DNA of 64,000 nt from contig CBDCJH010000002.1 in assembly GCA_965217775.1 (NCBI GenBank), positions 6,080,001 through 6,144,000 on the forward strand. The letters are read 5' to 3'. Of the stretch, positions 62,365 through 64,000 are shown piece after piece. The DNA is from Acidobacteriota bacterium. Lineage in GTDB: Bacteria > Acidobacteriota > UBA6911 > RPQK01 > JAJDTT01. How positions within the stretch are numbered: position 1 is the stretch's first letter; every line of letters begins with the position of its first letter. The position numbers and the translations under genes were made by a program. A model generated the notes under the pieces. That model worked only from the letters and a program-made list of their open reading frames with translations. It was not told where the DNA came from and did no database searches.

Positions 62365-62449
62365 GGGGCGATTTCCAATCGCCCATTCCCCCTTCGCCTT
62401 CCGTTCCCTCGCGTACTTGGGAGTTCGGCGACTGGAAGTCGCCGCTCCC
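62365..62449. repeat. REP pair between convergent genes
   Basis: GGGCGATTTCCAATCGCCC and GGCGACTGGAAGTCGCCGCTCCC. Confidence 0.75.
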
Positions 62450-62451
62450 CT

Positions 62452-64000
62452 CTACAGAATGCCCAGCCGCTGCGCGGTGCTACGGATCCGTTCCATTCGA
62501 TCCTCTACGGGCACGATCCTCGTGCCGGCCGGGTTCGGCCTGGAGAGGTGGGCGTACTCGTAGACGTCGAAGCCGGCGAATCGCGGGTCGTGGTAGATCT
62601 GCTCCATGTCGGAGACGTACTCCTGCATGCTGTTGGTCCGCTTCAGGTAGCGGTTCAGGTAGACGGGAATTCCGTTGCGATTGGACAGTTCCAGGGCTTC
62701 CTCTACGACCGGATTGTCCAGGGCATTGGGAAGCAGGCCCCGATCCGCCTCGGGGGCCTCGAACCAGGTGGTCCGGAGCGTGATGCCGTCGGCCAGACCC
62801 TCCAGGAGCCACGTCCGCCAGTCGAATTCCAGGTTGGCGGGGAAGCCCATGAGTTGGCCGTGGCACGGGTCGGGCCCGAAGGCCTCGGCGTGGACGTGGA
62901 CCTGGAACTTCTTTCCGGCGCTCCGGATGCGACGGCTGGCCTGGCGGATGAATCGTGTGTAGTGGCGACCCCGAAGTCGGGCGAGTCGTCCGAGATCCCC
63001 ATCCGTATTGCCGATTTCGGTCCCGTATCTCTCCCGGTACTCTTCCAACAGCGGTGCGTTGAAGCCATACTCCAGGGGTTCGTCCGTCAAGGATCCGTGG
63101 GCGGAGACGCGAACGTCCACTCCGTCGACGCCTGCTTCAAGGAGCCGGTCCACCCAGCCCATCCAGAGCTTCTCCACCTCGGTGTAGAGTGCGCAGGGAG
63201 TGCAGGCCAGCGTGTCGTTTCGTCCCCGGGCGAAGGCGATGCAGCCGCCCCAGTTCCATTTCGACTTCTTGACGATGCCGAACATGGTGCCTTCGGTGGA
63301 GGCATTGTTGGTGTCCAACAGGACCGGGAACGGTCCCATCCCCGAATCGAATTCCAGTCCGCCCGTCCGGAAATCGCGGGGGCGGATCCACATGGCGCTT
63401 CGGGTCGCGATGACGATGGGCAGCGGATCCGGACCCGGACCGTAGGCTTCGATCATGGCCGAGGGAGCGTTGCCGAAGTCTCCCTCCTCGTCCTCGAAGT
63501 CGGTGGTGACCAGGATGAAGCGTCCGGTCAGATCGAGGCCTTCCAGCGTCAAGGTCCGCACGGGTGCGCCGGAAGCGGTCAACAGGTCGCCGAAGAACTC
63601 CCGGACCTCCCGGGTTGAAGGCTCTACCCGTTCCGTCAGGGAGAAGTCCACCGGTTGTCTCCGATAGCGGTAGTTGTCCGGGCTGGTCCAGATCTGGAGA
63701 CGCTCCTTGCGGATGCGGGTGGGCGAATCATCCGACTTGAGGAGCCGAATCTTCCGGATCGGAATGTTGTCCAGGCCAACCGGAGCCTCCCAGGGCCGCC
63801 GCGCGACGCGGGTGTGGGGGAACCGCTCCACGAACGGAAACACCTGTTGGAGGCAACCTCCGATTCGATGGACGCGAGTGTGGTTTCCCTTTGGTGAACC
63901 TTCCGGGTAGGTGCCCGCCAAGCCGGTGTTGAAGGGCTTCAGGACCGCGTAGACCTCCAGGCCGTGACGGTGAGCGATGGGGGTCACCGCCTTCAGAGGC
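62452..64000 (-). CDS. Hypothetical glycoside-hydrolase-like TIM-barrel protein (5' end outside the window)
   Basis: Long ORF with AHRHGLEVYA, GVDGVDVR, YGFN.P and DWRTW..EGL.DG, reminiscent of GHL10-like barrels. Confidence 0.6.
   Translation of the reverse strand, partial: PLKAVTPIAHRHGLEVYAVLKPFNTGLAGTYPEGSPKGNHTRVHRIGGCLQQVFPFVERFPHTRVARRPWEAPVGLDNIPIRKIRLLKSDDSPTRIRKERLQIWTSPDNYRYRRQPVDFSLTERVEPSTREVREFFGDLLTASGAPVRTLTLEGLDLTGRFILVTTDFEDEEGDFGNAPSAMIEAYGPGPDPLPIVIATRSAMWIRPRDFRTGGLEFDSGMGPFPVLLDTNNASTEGTMFGIVKKSKWNWGGCIAFARGRNDTLACTPCALYTEVEKLWMGWVDRLLEAGVDGVDVRVSAHGSLTDEPLEYGFNAPLLEEYRERYGTEIGNTDGDLGRLARLRGRHYTRFIRQASRRIRSAGKKFQVHVHAEAFGPDPCHGQLMGFPANLEFDWRTWLLEGLADGITLRTTWFEAPEADRGLLPNALDNPVVEEALELSNRNGIPVYLNRYLKRTNSMQEYVSDMEQIYHDPRFAGFDVYEYAHLSRPNPAGTRIVPVEDRMERIRSTAQRLGIL

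Overview
GC-rich bacterial chromosomal window, probably Acidobacteriota-like and possibly host-associated; both are inferences from gene content. It holds housekeeping and metabolic genes (hisG, hisI, lpdA, acnA, queG, fabI, sfsA, an MsbA-like ABC transporter, a DEAD-box helicase, tRNA-Ile(GAT)), many secreted hydrolases, and two decayed accessory regions. Region ~18-22.4 kb is a collapsed defence island with BREX type 3 remnants and TA modules. Region ~43-51 kb contains an IS1202/ISNCY element, a MITE, an IS6 relic, a higBA relic and TnpB. Three observations stand out. (1) A catalytically intact TnpB gene fills a 1,244-bp element bounded by 22-bp terminal inverted repeats (GGGGATTAT..., IS1595/ISNwi1-like) and an 8-bp target-site duplication, so it has DDE-transposon ends rather than IS200/IS605/IS607 ends. 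(2) A complete group II intron has inserted into a REP-like palindrome, and its putative EBS1/EBS2 are complementary to the genome's GGAG-type REP consensus; an empty perfect target lies elsewhere in the window. (3) A 158-bp MITE has inserted in frame inside a transposase. All calls are by eye; no database searches were run.
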